Source: Mantamonas sphyraenae STR306 (lineage: Eukaryota > Protista > CRuMs). From it: DNA of 64,000 bases. Shown here piece after piece: positions 46,260-58,600 of this stretch. Position 1 is the first letter of the stretch, and every line of letters begins with the position of its first letter. The position numbers and the translations under genes are program-made. The stretch lies in contig JAPMXV010000034.1 in the NCBI GenBank assembly GCA_026936335.1, forward strand, positions 186,001 through 250,000. Direction: 5' to 3'. Under the pieces are notes generated by a model. It did no database searches, was not told the origin of the DNA, and was given only the letters and a program-made list of their open reading frames with translations.

Positions 46260-48250
46260 CCACTCCAATCCACTCACTGGTACCGTGACGCATCTGAATC
46301 CACCCAGCCACCCACTCTCCCACCGTACCCACCCACGCCATACGCCCCGTCTCTCTTGCTGCCGAACAGCACACTCGTCACCCCAAAACCGGCGACTAAA
46401 GGAACGCCACTACCACACAACCCACCCCACACCCACTCCAATCCACTCACTGGTACCGTGACGCATCTGAATCCACCCAGCCACCCACTCTCCCACCCTA
46501 CCCACGCTCGTCAGGCGCCCCGTCTCTCTTGCTGCCGAACAGCACACTCGTCACCCCAAAACCGGCGACTAAAGGAACGCCACTACCACACAACCCACCC
46601 CACACCCACTCCAATCCACTCACTGGTACCGTGACGCATCTGAATCCACCCAGCCACCCACTCTCCCACCCTACCCACGCACGTCAGGCGCCCCGTCACC
46701 CTTGCTGCCGAACAGCACCCTACAACCGGCCACTGAAGGATCACCACCACCACACAACCCACCCCACACCCACTCCAATCCACTCACTGGTACCGTGACG
46801 CATCTGAATCCACCCAGCCACCCACTCTCCCACCCTACCCACCCGCGGCAGACGCCCCGTCTCTCTTGCTGCCGAACAGCACACTCGTCACCCCAAAACC
46901 GGCGACTAAAGGAACGCCACTACCACACAACCCACCCCACACCCACTCCAATCCACTCACTGGTACCGTGACGCATCTGAATCCACCCGGCCACCCATTC
47001 TCCCACCCTACCCACGCACGTCAGGCGCCCCGTCACCCTTGCTGCCGAACAGCACCCTACAACCGGCCACTGAAGGATCACCACCACCACACACCCCACC
47101 CCACACCCACTCCAATCCACTCACTGGTACCGTGACGCATCTGAATCCACCCAGCCACCCACTCTCCCACCCTACCCACCCGCGGCAGACGCCCCGTCTC
47201 TCTTGCTGCCGAACAGCACACTCGTCACCCCAAAACCGGCGACTAAAGGAACGCCACTACCACACAACCCACCCCACACCCACTCCAATCCACTCACTGG
47301 TACCGTGACGCATCTGAATCCACCCGGCCACCCATTCTCCCACCCTACCCACGCACGTCAGGCGCCCCGTCACCCTTGCTGCCGAACAGCACCCTACAAC
47401 CGGCCACTGAAGGATCACCACCACCACACAACCCACCCCACACCCACTCCAATCCACTCACTGGTACCGTGACGCATCTGAATCCACCCAGCCACCCACT
47501 CTCCCACCCTACCCACCCGCGGCAGACGCCCCGTCTCTCTTGCTGCCGAACAGCACACTCGTCACCCCAAAACCGGCGACTAAAGGAACGCCACCACCAC
47601 ACAACCCACCCCACACCCACTCCAATCCACTCACTGGTACTATGACGCATCTGAATCCACCCGGCCACCCGCTCTCCCACCCTACCCACGCTCGTCAGGC
47701 GCCCCGTCGCCCTTGCTGCCGAACAGCACCCCACGACTGGCCACTAGAGGATCACCACCACCACACAACCCACCCCACTCCCACTCCAATCCACTCACTG
47801 GTACCGTGACGCATCTGAATCCACCCAGCCACCCATTCTCCCACCCTACCCACCCGCGGCAGACGCCCCGTCACCCTTGCTGCCGAACAGCACACTCGTC
47901 ACCCCAAAACCGGCGACTAAAGGAACGCCACTACCACACAACCCACCCCACACCCACTCCAATCCACTCACTGGTACCGTGACGCATCTGAATCCACCCG
48001 GACACCCGCTCTCCCACCCTACCCACGCTCGTCAGGCGCCCCGTCTCTCTTGCTGCCGAACAGCACACTCGTCACCCTACAACCGGCCACTAGAGGATCA
48101 CCACCACCACACAACCCACCCCACTCCCACTCCAATCCACTCACTGGTACTATGACGCATCTGAATCCACCCAGCTACCCACTCTCCCACCCTACCCACC
48201 CGCGGCAGACGCCCGTCTCTCTTGTTGCCGAACAGCACTCTCGTCACCCC
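46260..48250 (-). repeat. Same 164/173-bp satellite inverted, about 12 units (right arm)
   Basis: TGACGCATCTGAATCCACCC recurs from about 46286 to 48153. Confidence 0.95.
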
Positions 48251-48295
48251 AAACCCGTCCACTAAAGCAACGCCACACCATCCACACCACACCCA

Positions 48296-49059
48296 CTGCA
48301 TTCCACCCACCAGCGCCATTGCACAGCTGAGTCCACCCAACCAGCTGCGCTCCGAAGTCGAATCCAGACGTTTCCCGGTGTCCAACACGCGTTTCAGCTC
48401 CTTGTCACACCAAGCAGTAACGTGGTTACCAGCGGTATCCACTCATCGTCATATCGCCGCTTGTTCTGCTGCACATTCACCTCGATCCCTGCCTGTGTGG
48501 CGAGCGGACGCCTTGGCCATTGCTGTGATGTGATGCGCTCCCCACTCTTGCCTTGAAATGCAAACGCGGGCGATGAAAGCGAGAGGAAGATGCTAAATAT
48601 GAAACGCTACGGGGCTGGTGTGAGATGGAAACAAGTGAACCGTTGCGAGGTGGTACAGTGGTCAGTCCAGGACGCAAGGGATGGATGGGGTGGATGGGAC
48701 GCCGTTGGCATGGCAGGCGGCGGGGTGCCAAGTGGAGGAAATTAAAGGTGAGCCGTACCGCTGAAGGGCGGTTGATTGCGGTGACCGGTGTGGCCAGACG
48801 GCAGAAAAGAAGGCACCTGGATGCCTGTGATGGGTTGAAAGGTGGGTGTTGATGTGAAGGTGAATGTGCAGCAGAACAAGCGGCGACATGACAATGAGTG
48901 GATACAGCTGGTAACTAGAAGCCACGGATGCGATCGTTACTTCTTGGTGTGAGAAGGAGCTGAAACGCGTGTTGGACAGGGAAACGTTTGGATTCAACTT
49001 GGGAGAGCAGCTGGCTGGGTGGACTCAGCTGTTCAATGGCGCCGGTGGGTGGATTGCAG
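48296..49059. repeat. Imperfect about 190-bp inverted repeat (48296-48482 / 48858-49059)
   Basis: CTGCATTCCACCCACCAGCGCCATT...GCTGCACATTCACCT pairs with AGGTGAATGTGCAGC...AATGGCGCCGGTGGGTGGATTGCAG, with one roughly 18-bp indel. Confidence 0.85.
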
Positions 49060-49067
49060 CACGCGGC

Positions 49068-49878
49068 GCGGGAACGCCGCGACTGACTTCAAAGCTGGTT
49101 GCGCCAACCAGTCCCTCCCCGAGGAACAAAGAAAGGCAGGAAGGCACCTGGATGCCTGTGATGGGTTGAAAGGTGGGTGTTGATGTGAAGGTGCCAGGAT
49201 GCCGAGGGGGTGGGGGGTGGACGAGAGGGAAGTGGGTGGATGGTGAGGCCGAGGAAGACACGGAGAGTGGAGCGTGCGGATGAAGGAGGGTGGAAAGGGA
49301 AAGGATGAACGTGGGGCTTGTGAGAGGTCGGGCGCAGGAAGCAAGAAACAAGAAACAAGGAGTGATGGGCAGGGAGAGTGTAGGGGGAGATGAGAGAAGA
49401 GGTGGGAGAGGGATGGAGAAGGTGCAAGGAGGTGAGTAAGAAAAAGTTTGGGTTGGGGGTGGGGGTAAACACGGAGGAACAAATGTAGAGCAGGGAGGGG
49501 ATAATGACGACGTACGCGAGGACAACCCCTCCCTGCTTCGGCAACCACCAAAAAAAAAAAAGGGGTTGATCCCTCCGAGGATCGAACTCGGGACCTTATC
49601 GGTGTTAACGATATGATATAACCAACTAATCCAAGGGATCGACTGACTATAGGGATCGAGACCAGGACATTTTGATGCAATTTGATCAACCGAATTAACT
49701 AATCCTGGTCAACCAATTAACTAATCCTATGCGGCTCGACTTAAACTTCCCGAAGTCAACTACTAGAGTACTCTCGATGGTCCCAAGCTGCGCAAACACA
49801 AGTGCAGAAATCAGTCTGCGACCGCCTCAACATCGCACCAGATATCTCACAAACAAAGCACCTGGCACATTATCTGAC
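49068..49878. repeat. Third partial copy of the arm segment (matches 45135-45923)
   Basis: Near-identical 3' of the tRNA; more diverged 5' of the tRNA, with a small internal duplication. Confidence 0.9.
49567..49640 (-). tRNA. tRNA-Val(AAC)
   Basis: Acceptor GATCCCT/AGGGATC, anticodon arm TATCG-TTAACAC-CGATA, T arm CCGAG-TTCGATC-CTCGG, poly-T terminator. Confidence 0.92.
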
Positions 49879-50313
49879 ACCCTGCACAACCCCATCCTCG
49901 ACCTGTTTTCCCTTCAGCTCATCTATTGCGCTCGAAGGACACCGCATTCGCCCTCACCGGACGACAAGTTGTTGTTTGTCGGACGCAGGGTTGTGCATCG
50001 ACACAGGGATGAACCCCTGGAACGTGCAAAGGAGACATTGTATGTGTCAGGCATCCCGAGAGAATATTATCGTCGCGACATGTGTGAACGCGATGTGTGC
50101 GACGAACGGAAAGGCGAGCCTTCCGGCCCCCCCCCCCCCTCCCCCCCCACACACACCAACGACCCCTCCCTCAACTCCCACACGCTCGACCCCTCGGCCC
50201 TCCCTCCTCCTCTTTCCGAGCACATCAGCTTTCCCGTTGGATGCACCCCCGCACACGCACTATCCCTGTTCACAAATCACCATGCTTCCACACTGTCCTA
50301 CATTGTGACCCCC

Positions 50314-51953
50314 TCACCCTCCTCCCCTCCCCACCCACCCAACCACCCTCTCCATCACCTCATCCGGCAGTGTCACCCACCCTCCCCACCCACCCTCCTC
50401 CACGTACCCCTCCATCCCCCCACACCCAAACATCACCTCCCTCTCCTCCCCATTCATCACCAACCCCACCTCCATCGCCCCATCCACCTCCCCACCCCAC
50501 CCAATCCAATGCCACGCCTTCCTCCACCCCTCCTTCCTCACCAACTCCACCGTTTTCATCCTCGGCCTCGCACCCCACCCGCGCAACACCTCAACCAACC
50601 CCTCATCCCCTCTCTTCACCCCTCTCTCCAGCGCAGTCTCCAACCCTCCTCGCCCTGCAAACGTGTCCACAGGCACCCCCCACTCCTTCAACTCTCTCAT
50701 CCTCTCCACATCCCCACACTCCACAAACTCCACGTGCTGCCCCTTGTTTCTCTCCAACAGCGACAGCAACGTGTCATCCCCAACACCGTGGATTTTCCAG
50801 CACGACCGATTCCTCTCCATCCCCAACCCCAGTGCTGCGGCTCCCTCGTCCCCGATGCTGTTCTTTCCGAGGTCCAGTGTCTGCAAGTTGCTGTTCTCAC
50901 TCAATCCCTGCGCCAATCCTGCTGCTCCTTCGTCCTCGATGTTGTTGCTGTAGAGGTCCAGCCTCTGCAAGCTGCTGTTCTTACTCAGCGCCCGTGCCAA
51001 CGCTGCTGCTCCCTGCACCCCAATGCTGTTGCTACCGAGGTACAGTCTCTGCAAGATTCTGTTCTCACTCAGTGCCTGCCCCAGTGCGTCTGCTCCTTCG
51101 TCCCCGATGCTGTTTTCCCTGAGGACTAGTGTCTCCAAGCTGTTGTTCTCACTCAGTCCCTGCGCCAGAGCTGCGGTTCCCTCTGCTCCGATGCTGCTTC
51201 CCCAGAGATCGAGTGTCTGCAAGCTGCTGTTCTCACGCAGTGCCTGCCCCAGTGCCGCTGCACCCTTGTCTCCGATGCTGTTCCAGCCCAGATTCACAGT
51301 CTGCACCTTGCACTTCTCACCCAGTCCCTGCGCCAGAGCTGCCGTTCCCTCTGCCCCGATGCTGTTTCCCCAGAGATCGAGTGTCTGCAAGCTGCTGTTC
51401 TCATGCAGTGCCTGCCCCAGTGCCGCTGCACCCTTGTCTCCGATGCTGTTCCAGCCCAGATTCACAGTCTGCACCTTGCACTTCTCACCCAGTGCCTGCG
51501 CCAGAGCCGCTGCTCCCTCTGCCCCGATGCTGTTGTTGTTGAGGTACAGTGTCCGCAAGCTGCTGTTCTCCCTCAGTGCCTGCCCCAGTGCTGCTGCTCC
51601 ATCGTTCCCGATCCTATTGATGCCAAGGTTCAGTGTCTCCAAGCTGCTGTTCTGAGCAAGTGCACGCGCAAGTGCCGACGCTTCGTTGTCTCCCAGGCCC
51701 CTATTTCCAATGTTCAGAATCTGTGTGCCACCTGTCAACACACGTTCCACCTTGCGTACTCACCATCACCCCCCACCCTACACCCATCCCTCATTCCCTT
51801 CCCCTTGTGCGACGATCAAACGCAACGCCACCAAGACTCCCTCCCGGCTTCTTCCCACCAACTCACCCTTCCCTCACCCTCCAACGCTTCCACGATCCGC
51901 CCATGGTCACCACTCTGCAGCAATTCCAACCACTCCTGTTCGTCTAATCCCAT
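50314..51953 (-). CDS. RNI/NLRC3-like LRR protein with an ankyrin-like C-terminus (2 exons)
   Basis: 28-aa LRRs; short first exon (EWLELLQSGDHGRIVEAL, donor GTGAGT); ETALERGV ankyrin-like motif. Confidence 0.8.
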
Positions 51954-52196
51954 GTTTCCTGCGATACTCCATGAGCGTCAGCCCCCCCGGCCTCGCTCTC
52001 TCTTCCTATCCCGCCCACACACGTGCACAAGTCCCCAACACCACCCTCTCCCTTCCCTACCCTATGACTGTGTGTGCGTGCAACATACGTTGGATGCACC
52101 CCCGCACACGCACTATCCCTGTTCACAAATTCCCCACCTACATTCACCTGTGCGCTCTACCATGCTTCCACACTGTCCTACATTGTGACCACCCCC

Positions 52197-53845
52197 TCAC
52201 CCTCCTCCCCTCCCCACCCACCCAACCACCCTCTCCATCACCTCATCCGGCAGTGTCACCCATCCTTCCCACCCACCCTCCTCCACGTACCCCTCCATCC
52301 CCCCACACCCAAACATCACCTCCCTCTCCTCCCCATTCATCACCAACCCCACCTCCATCGCCCCATCCACCTCCCCACTCCACCCAATCCAATGCCACGC
52401 CTTCCTCCACCCCTCCTTCCTCACCAACTCCACCGTTTCCACCCTCGGCCTCGCACCCCATCCCCGCAACACCTCAACCAACCCCTCGTCCCCTCTCTTC
52501 ACCCCTCTCTCCAGCGCAGTCTCCTCCCCCTCATCCCCTGCAAACGTGTCCACAGGCACCCCCCACTCCTTCAACTCTCTCATCCTCTCCACATCCCCAC
52601 ACTCCACAAACTCCACATGACGCTCCTTGTTTCTCCCCAACAGCGACTGCAACGCGTCATCCCCAACGCCGGTGATCTCCCAGCACGAGCGATTCCTCTC
52701 CATCGCCAACCCCAGTGCTGCGGCTCCCTCGTCCCCGATGCTGTTCTTACTGAGGCCCAGAGTCTGCAAGCTGCTGTTCCCACTCAGCGCCCGCGCAAAT
52801 ACCACTGCTCCGTCGTCCCCGATGTTGTTCCTACTAAGTTCCAGTGTCTGCAAGCTGCTGTTCTCTCCCAGTCCCTGCGCCAGTGCTGCGGCCCTTCTGC
52901 TCCGATGCAATTGTCCCAAAGACTCAGTGTGTGCAAGCTGCTGTTCTCCAATGCCCGCCCCAGTGCTGCTGCTCCTTTGTCCCCGATGTCGACGTTATCA
53001 AGGTACAGTGTCCACAAGCTGCCGTTCTCCAGTGCCCGCGCCAGTCCTGCTGCGCCTTTGTCCCCGATGCTGTTGTTTCCCAGGTCCAGTGTCCACAACC
53101 TCCTGTTCTCACTCAGTGCCTGCCCCAGTTCTACGGCTCCCTCTGCCCCCGCGCCGCACAAGTTGAGGTACAGTGTCTCCAAGCTGCTGTTCTCCCTTAG
53201 TCCCTGCCCCAGTGCGGCTGCTCCCTCGTCCCCGATTCCGTTCCAGCCCAGGTTCAGTGTCTGCAAGCTGCGGTTCCCATTCAGTGCCTGCGCCAGCGCT
53301 GCGCCTCCCTCTGCTCCGATGCTGTTTTGGAAGAAGCTCAGTGTCTGCAAGCCGTTGTTCTCACTCAGTCCCTGCGCCACTGCTGCTGCTCCTTGGTCCC
53401 CGATGCTGTTGCCGTTGACTTCCAGGGTCTCCAAGGTGCAGTTCTCACTCAGTGCCTGCCCCAGCGCTGTTGCTCCTTCGTCCCCGATGCTGTTGTAGCT
53501 GAGCACCAGAGTCTCCAAGGTGCTGTTCTCCTTCAGCGCCTGCGCCAGCGCTGCTGCGCCGTCTGCTCCGGTTCTGTTCCAGCTGACGTTCAGTGTCTGC
53601 AAGATTCTGTTCTGAGCTAGTGCCCGACCAAGAGCCTCTGCTTCTTTGCCTCCCAGTTCCCTACGTTCAACGTTCAAACTCTGTGTGCCTCGCGTCAACA
53701 CGCGTCCCGCCCACCAAAACTCCCTCCCCATTTCTCCCCGCCAACTCACCGTCCCCTGAGCCTCCAAAGCTTCCACAATCCGCCCATGGTTCCCACTCTG
53801 CAACAATTCCGTCCATTCTCGCATTGTTTTCCTGCGATGCCCCAT
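52197..53845 (-). pseudogene. Tandem paralog of the LRR gene, frameshifted near 52890
   Basis: ORFs 52784-53890 and 52197-52919 are consecutive halves in different frames; the C-terminus and 3' flank are nearly identical to the 50314 copy. Confidence 0.75.
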
Positions 53846-55449
53846 CAGCGTCAGTCCCTCCTGATTCTCTCCCACCCCTATCCCGCACACACACGTGCAC
53901 AGGTCCCTGATGGCCCCCGCTCCCTACCCTATGACTGTTCTGAACTATGTGTGTGTGTGTCTGTGTTTCTGTGCACAATGCGTTGGATGCGCCCTCGCAC
54001 AGATGACGAGTAGCACTAGAACGGCGTTCCACCATCCCTCCACCCACACCCACCTCCCTCCCAGCAGCTTTTTCCACAATGTCGCAATGTCGCAGAAACG
54101 CACGTCGCAGATTTCAGGCGGTGGCAAGTCACCCGCGCTTTTCCCGCCCCTGCTCACACCACAGGCCGCCCCATGGCCTCAGCCTCCGCCTCCGCCCTCC
54201 ACACCCACCAGGAACACCCCATTGACCCACACAACCCACAGCAGAACCATCCACCGACCAACCCATGAACATCACCACAGCCACAGTACGTCTCAAATCC
54301 AACACAGGCTCATCCTCCCCACACCTCACCCACAAACCAACAGTGGTGAGTCAACGTAGATATTACATGGGGGATTGCGCAACCATGCACAGTGGACAGG
54401 AACGAAAACGAAAAAAAAAGAACTGCCAAAAACGAAAAAGTTGAGTCTTGCTCAGACTTTTCATCACCACATGTGTGGACCCATAGACGTACCCCTCAGG
54501 TCTGCTTTCCACTCGTCATTCATCGTCGTGACGTTTGGAAATCTCAACACCGCTTTCAATTTTTCTTTCTCCATGCAGGATCAGCACCACCATCCATGAA
54601 TGAACCCGTGGACACGTGGAACGATGTGGCAGGCTGGGTGGCAAGAGCGGCGGCCGCACACTATGTACGGCGGAGGATTGGAGCTGCCATTTCCCATGTC
54701 AAGCAATTGCGTGTGGACGTGGACGTGCACTCAAAGGAGAAATTATCGTCCCCCCCTTCCCCCACCGCAGAACCCTGCCCATCTCGACATTGTCGACGTG
54801 TGCATAGGGCCCACCTTGGCTGCATGCTGTGCTGTGTACATGGCAACCGCACGCCCGTCAACCCAACAAAATGACCAACTTCCCGCTTGCCGTGATCGTT
54901 GTCGGATGCCTGTTGGGGGCCAGTGTGGCATGGAAAGACCACGTGGACGAGGTGCCGTTGGTGTTGTCCACAGAAGAGATCCAGTTCAAAGATGCATACA
55001 AGCTGGCTCGGGAGTCCAGTTCCAAAACTCGCTTTTCCTGCACAAGGACAAAGTTTACGAGGATCACACCTGGCAGGAAAAGCCATCCATGAAAGTGCAT
55101 TCATGGCAGAAGGCCGACGAAGCGGAACTGCCAACATGGGAAGGCGAGCCGTGCTCTCAGCAAGAAGAGGTTCCCAAGCTTCTTCCCCTGACACCCGACG
55201 CCGTTGCTGGGGTTGCAATCGATGGCACAGCAAAGCACGCTACTCTCGTGTTTGTGCAACAGTTGCGCACCAACCATTTCAAGTGTGCAGAAGTCTCGTG
55301 GAATACGGTGTTCTTCACCAGGCCTTCGACACTGGCACGACGGCGCCCACCGGTTTTTTATTTGGGATTCACAAAGATTCACTCCAAGGGATGGCTCGGA
55401 TGCTGCCTCTCGCATGGTGGCATGGTTGGTGAACATGAAACGGGGTCGT

Positions 55450-55609
55450 GCGTTGCCAGTTGCCTTGCCAAAAGGTCATCCGCGAGCTGTTGCACGGTCA
55501 AACTACAGGGGTTTGCGATTGCTCGCGCCCACTGTTACCTGGTTCTGGATAGTTACCATAGGTTGACCATTGAAGTGCCCTGCCTGATCCCGTGTGCCAT
55601 AACTGGCAG
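55450..55609 (-). ncRNA. Candidate omegaRNA scaffold downstream of fusion gene B
   Basis: Starts right after the stop. Enclosing stem 55601-55608/55454-55461 (TGCCAGTT/AACTGGCA), inner stem 55556-55568/55496-55509, and a crossing helix 55521-55527/55481-55487 (CGCGAGC/GCTCGCG). Confidence 0.45.
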
Positions 55610-58600
55610 TCATTTGGTGTTGCCCTTGTTCTTGACCCACATGAGTGCCGGGGGACGAGTGCCAATGCGCATCCACGTCAGGAAAACCACGAGGATGTTC
55701 TCACAGGCCGACACGTCGCGGTCCTTCATGATTGGCCATCCGGAAGCACGCTGCAGAGTTGCCAGCAATGCTGCGCCCTGTGTACGGTCGTTGTACGAAA
55801 CGCTGCATGCGCAGCTTGCTTGTCGTCCGAATTTTTGCAAATCCGACCCCACCTCGGCAACCCCTTGCGCCTCAAATCCACAGTTGGAGCAGCACTTGGT
55901 AGTACGGTGCTCGCTCTGCAGAAACACAGCGGCGTCCCGAGCCAAGTAGTCGCGGGTCTTGGCGTCGTTGCCCGACCCACGTCTCCATCCATGCGTGTTT
56001 CCCATCACAAAGACAACCACTGCCTTCGGACCAACCAGCTCCATCGCCACACGTCGCACATTGGACTTGAGCCTCTGCGCCTCTCTCATCTGTCCTACGC
56101 GGACTTTTGCGCGGATCTCTTGATCCTCAATGCTCCCCTGTGATCTCGCTTGCAACCCGCGTTGCCCAGACATGTGCAGCCGCTTCTTGTGTGTGTGTGT
56201 GGGCACAGTGACACTCTCTGCGTACACATCCGCGCCTCGCATTCGCCCTTCCATTGGGCGTGCAACCGTCCAGTGCGTCTTCCATGAGCCAGTGTCCGCA
56301 ACGGCAATCACCACAACGGCAAGCGCTTCCTTGTGCCACCGCACTTCTGTGTCACTGTACGGTGGGCGTGTACGCTTTCGCTTGACAACACCAACGTATG
56401 GCCAGGCTCGTGGAAGGCGCCGCAGGACTCCGTCAGGGACCTTGTCACCAAGGGCCTCAGGAAGCCGGCCCGTCAGGAGCATGCACCGGGCACAGAAGAG
56501 CACCACTTGTTTCTTTGACCAAGTAGAGGGTAGATCATCCTTCAACCAGCCCAGCGACCGACTGGCTGGTACCACAACGTCGGCCAAGGTCAGCCCATAC
56601 TTCTTGACCCTCGACTCCGGCATAACGACGTTCGCCTTGCCGCAGTCATAACGCAGCAGACGGATGACGCTCCCTGTGACTTGCAGTGTGCCAGTGGCGC
56701 ACAGGAGTGCCCGTGAAGCCATGGTTGCGATGCCCGGCACCAACATCGCCGCGATGACAACTTCCGATGTCCAGAACTCTGCAGCACGCTCCTGCATGTC
56801 CTCGTCGTTGTCCAACACGTTGCCACACGCATCCACTCGCGCATACTTGTTCTGTGCGTCACGAAGCCACGGAACAAGCCGCACCAGGTTGTCTTGCTCG
56901 TCTCGCACGTAGTTGCGCAGCGACGCCTTGTCCCACGGGCCCGATTCACGCAGTGTTGCCAGCAACCCACTCCCTTGTTCCTCCTCAGTCAGTTTCTCCG
57001 TGTCCATGTTGCTTGCGTTCCGTCCTTTTCCAAGGAGGGATGCCATCAGCGTGCCTGAGAGAGCAACTCCGTCGACCATGCTCTGTCGGCTGCGGAGGCC
57101 GCGCGCCGAGCCCTTGGCGATCCGGTTGGCGAGATACTGTGCCAGCTCTGTCGTCAACGTACCCTTTTTGCTTGTCGGGCCGTGTGCGAAGAAGAGAGAC
57201 TTCTTGATGCCCAACTTGGCGATCTTTCTGCAAATCTCGACGACCAAAGTGTGCTTGGATTCGTCCATGTCATTCTCCAGCCATTCACGCACGGCTTCTG
57301 GGATGGTATCATCGATGTCGTCCACACGGGCTCGCTTGCTGCTGCTGGTTCCTGTGTTGCCGTCGCTGGCTTCCTCCTTGCCATTGTTCGATCGACTCCG
57401 TTTCCTTGCGTGCTCTTTGCCTTTTCCATTGGCATTGGGGTTGACCTTCTTCGTTCCCTTTCCCTTGACCTTTCCCTTCTGCCGCTGTTGCGCCTTGCCC
57501 TTCGTTTTGATTTTGCGCTTGGCTTTCTTGAACGTCGCGCCCTGCCACAGTAGGCTCCTTTTCAGCGTTCTGCGCATCAAACCCATGCCTATTCCATAGT
57601 ACTTGCACAGAACCAGCAGCACCTGCGTGCGTGTCAACTCCTTCGTTGCCGCCGCCCCAACAATCGCGTCAACCTGCATTTCGGCCGCCGCATGTGTGGC
57701 CATTGCTGACACGATGCCGGTCCACTTGACCCTGACGTCCCCATGCATCGCGCTGGCCCCGTCCATGGCCTGGTCCATCTCCTCGTAGTCGTTGTACCTC
57801 CCCAGCGCCTCCTTCAGCATCACATACTTTCCCTTCCATTCCATCTCCACAGAGCTCACCAGTAGCACACAGGACGACGAAGCCGACGACGAAGACGACG
57901 ACGAGGATGAAGAGGTCTCCACCCGTCGCCTTGTACTCATCCTGGTTTGCAACACTGGGACGATTGTGCGATTGTCGCCGTTGTCTGCGATTTCAAAGTG
58001 CGATGACCGCACTGCCCACCCCTGTTCAGACGTGTCGAGCCACATGGTCGTGATCTTCCCGCGGTATATGTCACGGATGCCCTCGCCCACGCACGTGAAG
58101 AACCTGTTGATGACGTTTTGATCTCCAAACAGGCCATCGTTCGCCGCACCGCCACTTGCTGCATCCATGATCATCTCCGCCAAGTTGTTCACGCCAGTGG
58201 CCAGCACGACGTTGAACACCCGCGCAGCACACTCGAGCAGGCGTGTACCAGCACGCGTTTCTTCCTCCTTCTGCCATTTGGAAACGCTTGGCACCACAAG
58301 AGCAGAGAGCTCCGCGTCCTGCGCAACCTCGCACAGCAAGTCGTTTGGAACGTCCTTCTCGCTCAATGTGCCGCACAGCTCAATTGCACCCTTCATCTTC
58401 TTGGTAACCGCGACTTCGTCTTGGCGCAGCTGGTCGTACTTCTCACGCGACTCCGCCGATGCCTTGCGTTGCTGTTCCACCGAAGCTACCAGTGGCTTCA
58501 TGCCGCTCTGGTTGGCCAACTTCTTGGCCCCTGTGCGCTCACGCTTGTGCTTGCTTTGTAGCCCGTTTCGCACCCTCTCTTCCAGTTCACACGCTTCAGC

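Larger units (their letters stand above)
35112..48250. mobile_element. Foldback-like structure: long inverted arms (35112-40177 and 44730-48250) around a 4.55-kb core containing a Fanzor2/TnpB pseudogene
   Basis: 38650-40177 is the near-exact reverse complement of 44730-46260, and both arms continue outward into the same satellite. No transposase or target-site duplication was identified, so mobility is unproven. Confidence 0.6.

Noticed and set aside
35112-48250. Pure assembly mirror artefact, or a Polinton/retroelement
   Set aside because: The arms differ in unit number, variant order and SNPs and enclose unique DNA. No polymerase, integrase, capsid or reverse transcriptase motifs were seen. 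Read-level confirmation is still needed.
49729-53498. Long Pro/His-rich plus-strand ORFs
   Set aside because: Antisense to the LRR genes and C-rich low-complexity sequence.
54600-55949. 449-aa plus-strand ORF
   Set aside because: Its 3' part is antisense to Fanzor gene B and the candidate RNA; its 5' part looks at best like frameshifted fragments with no recognisable domain.
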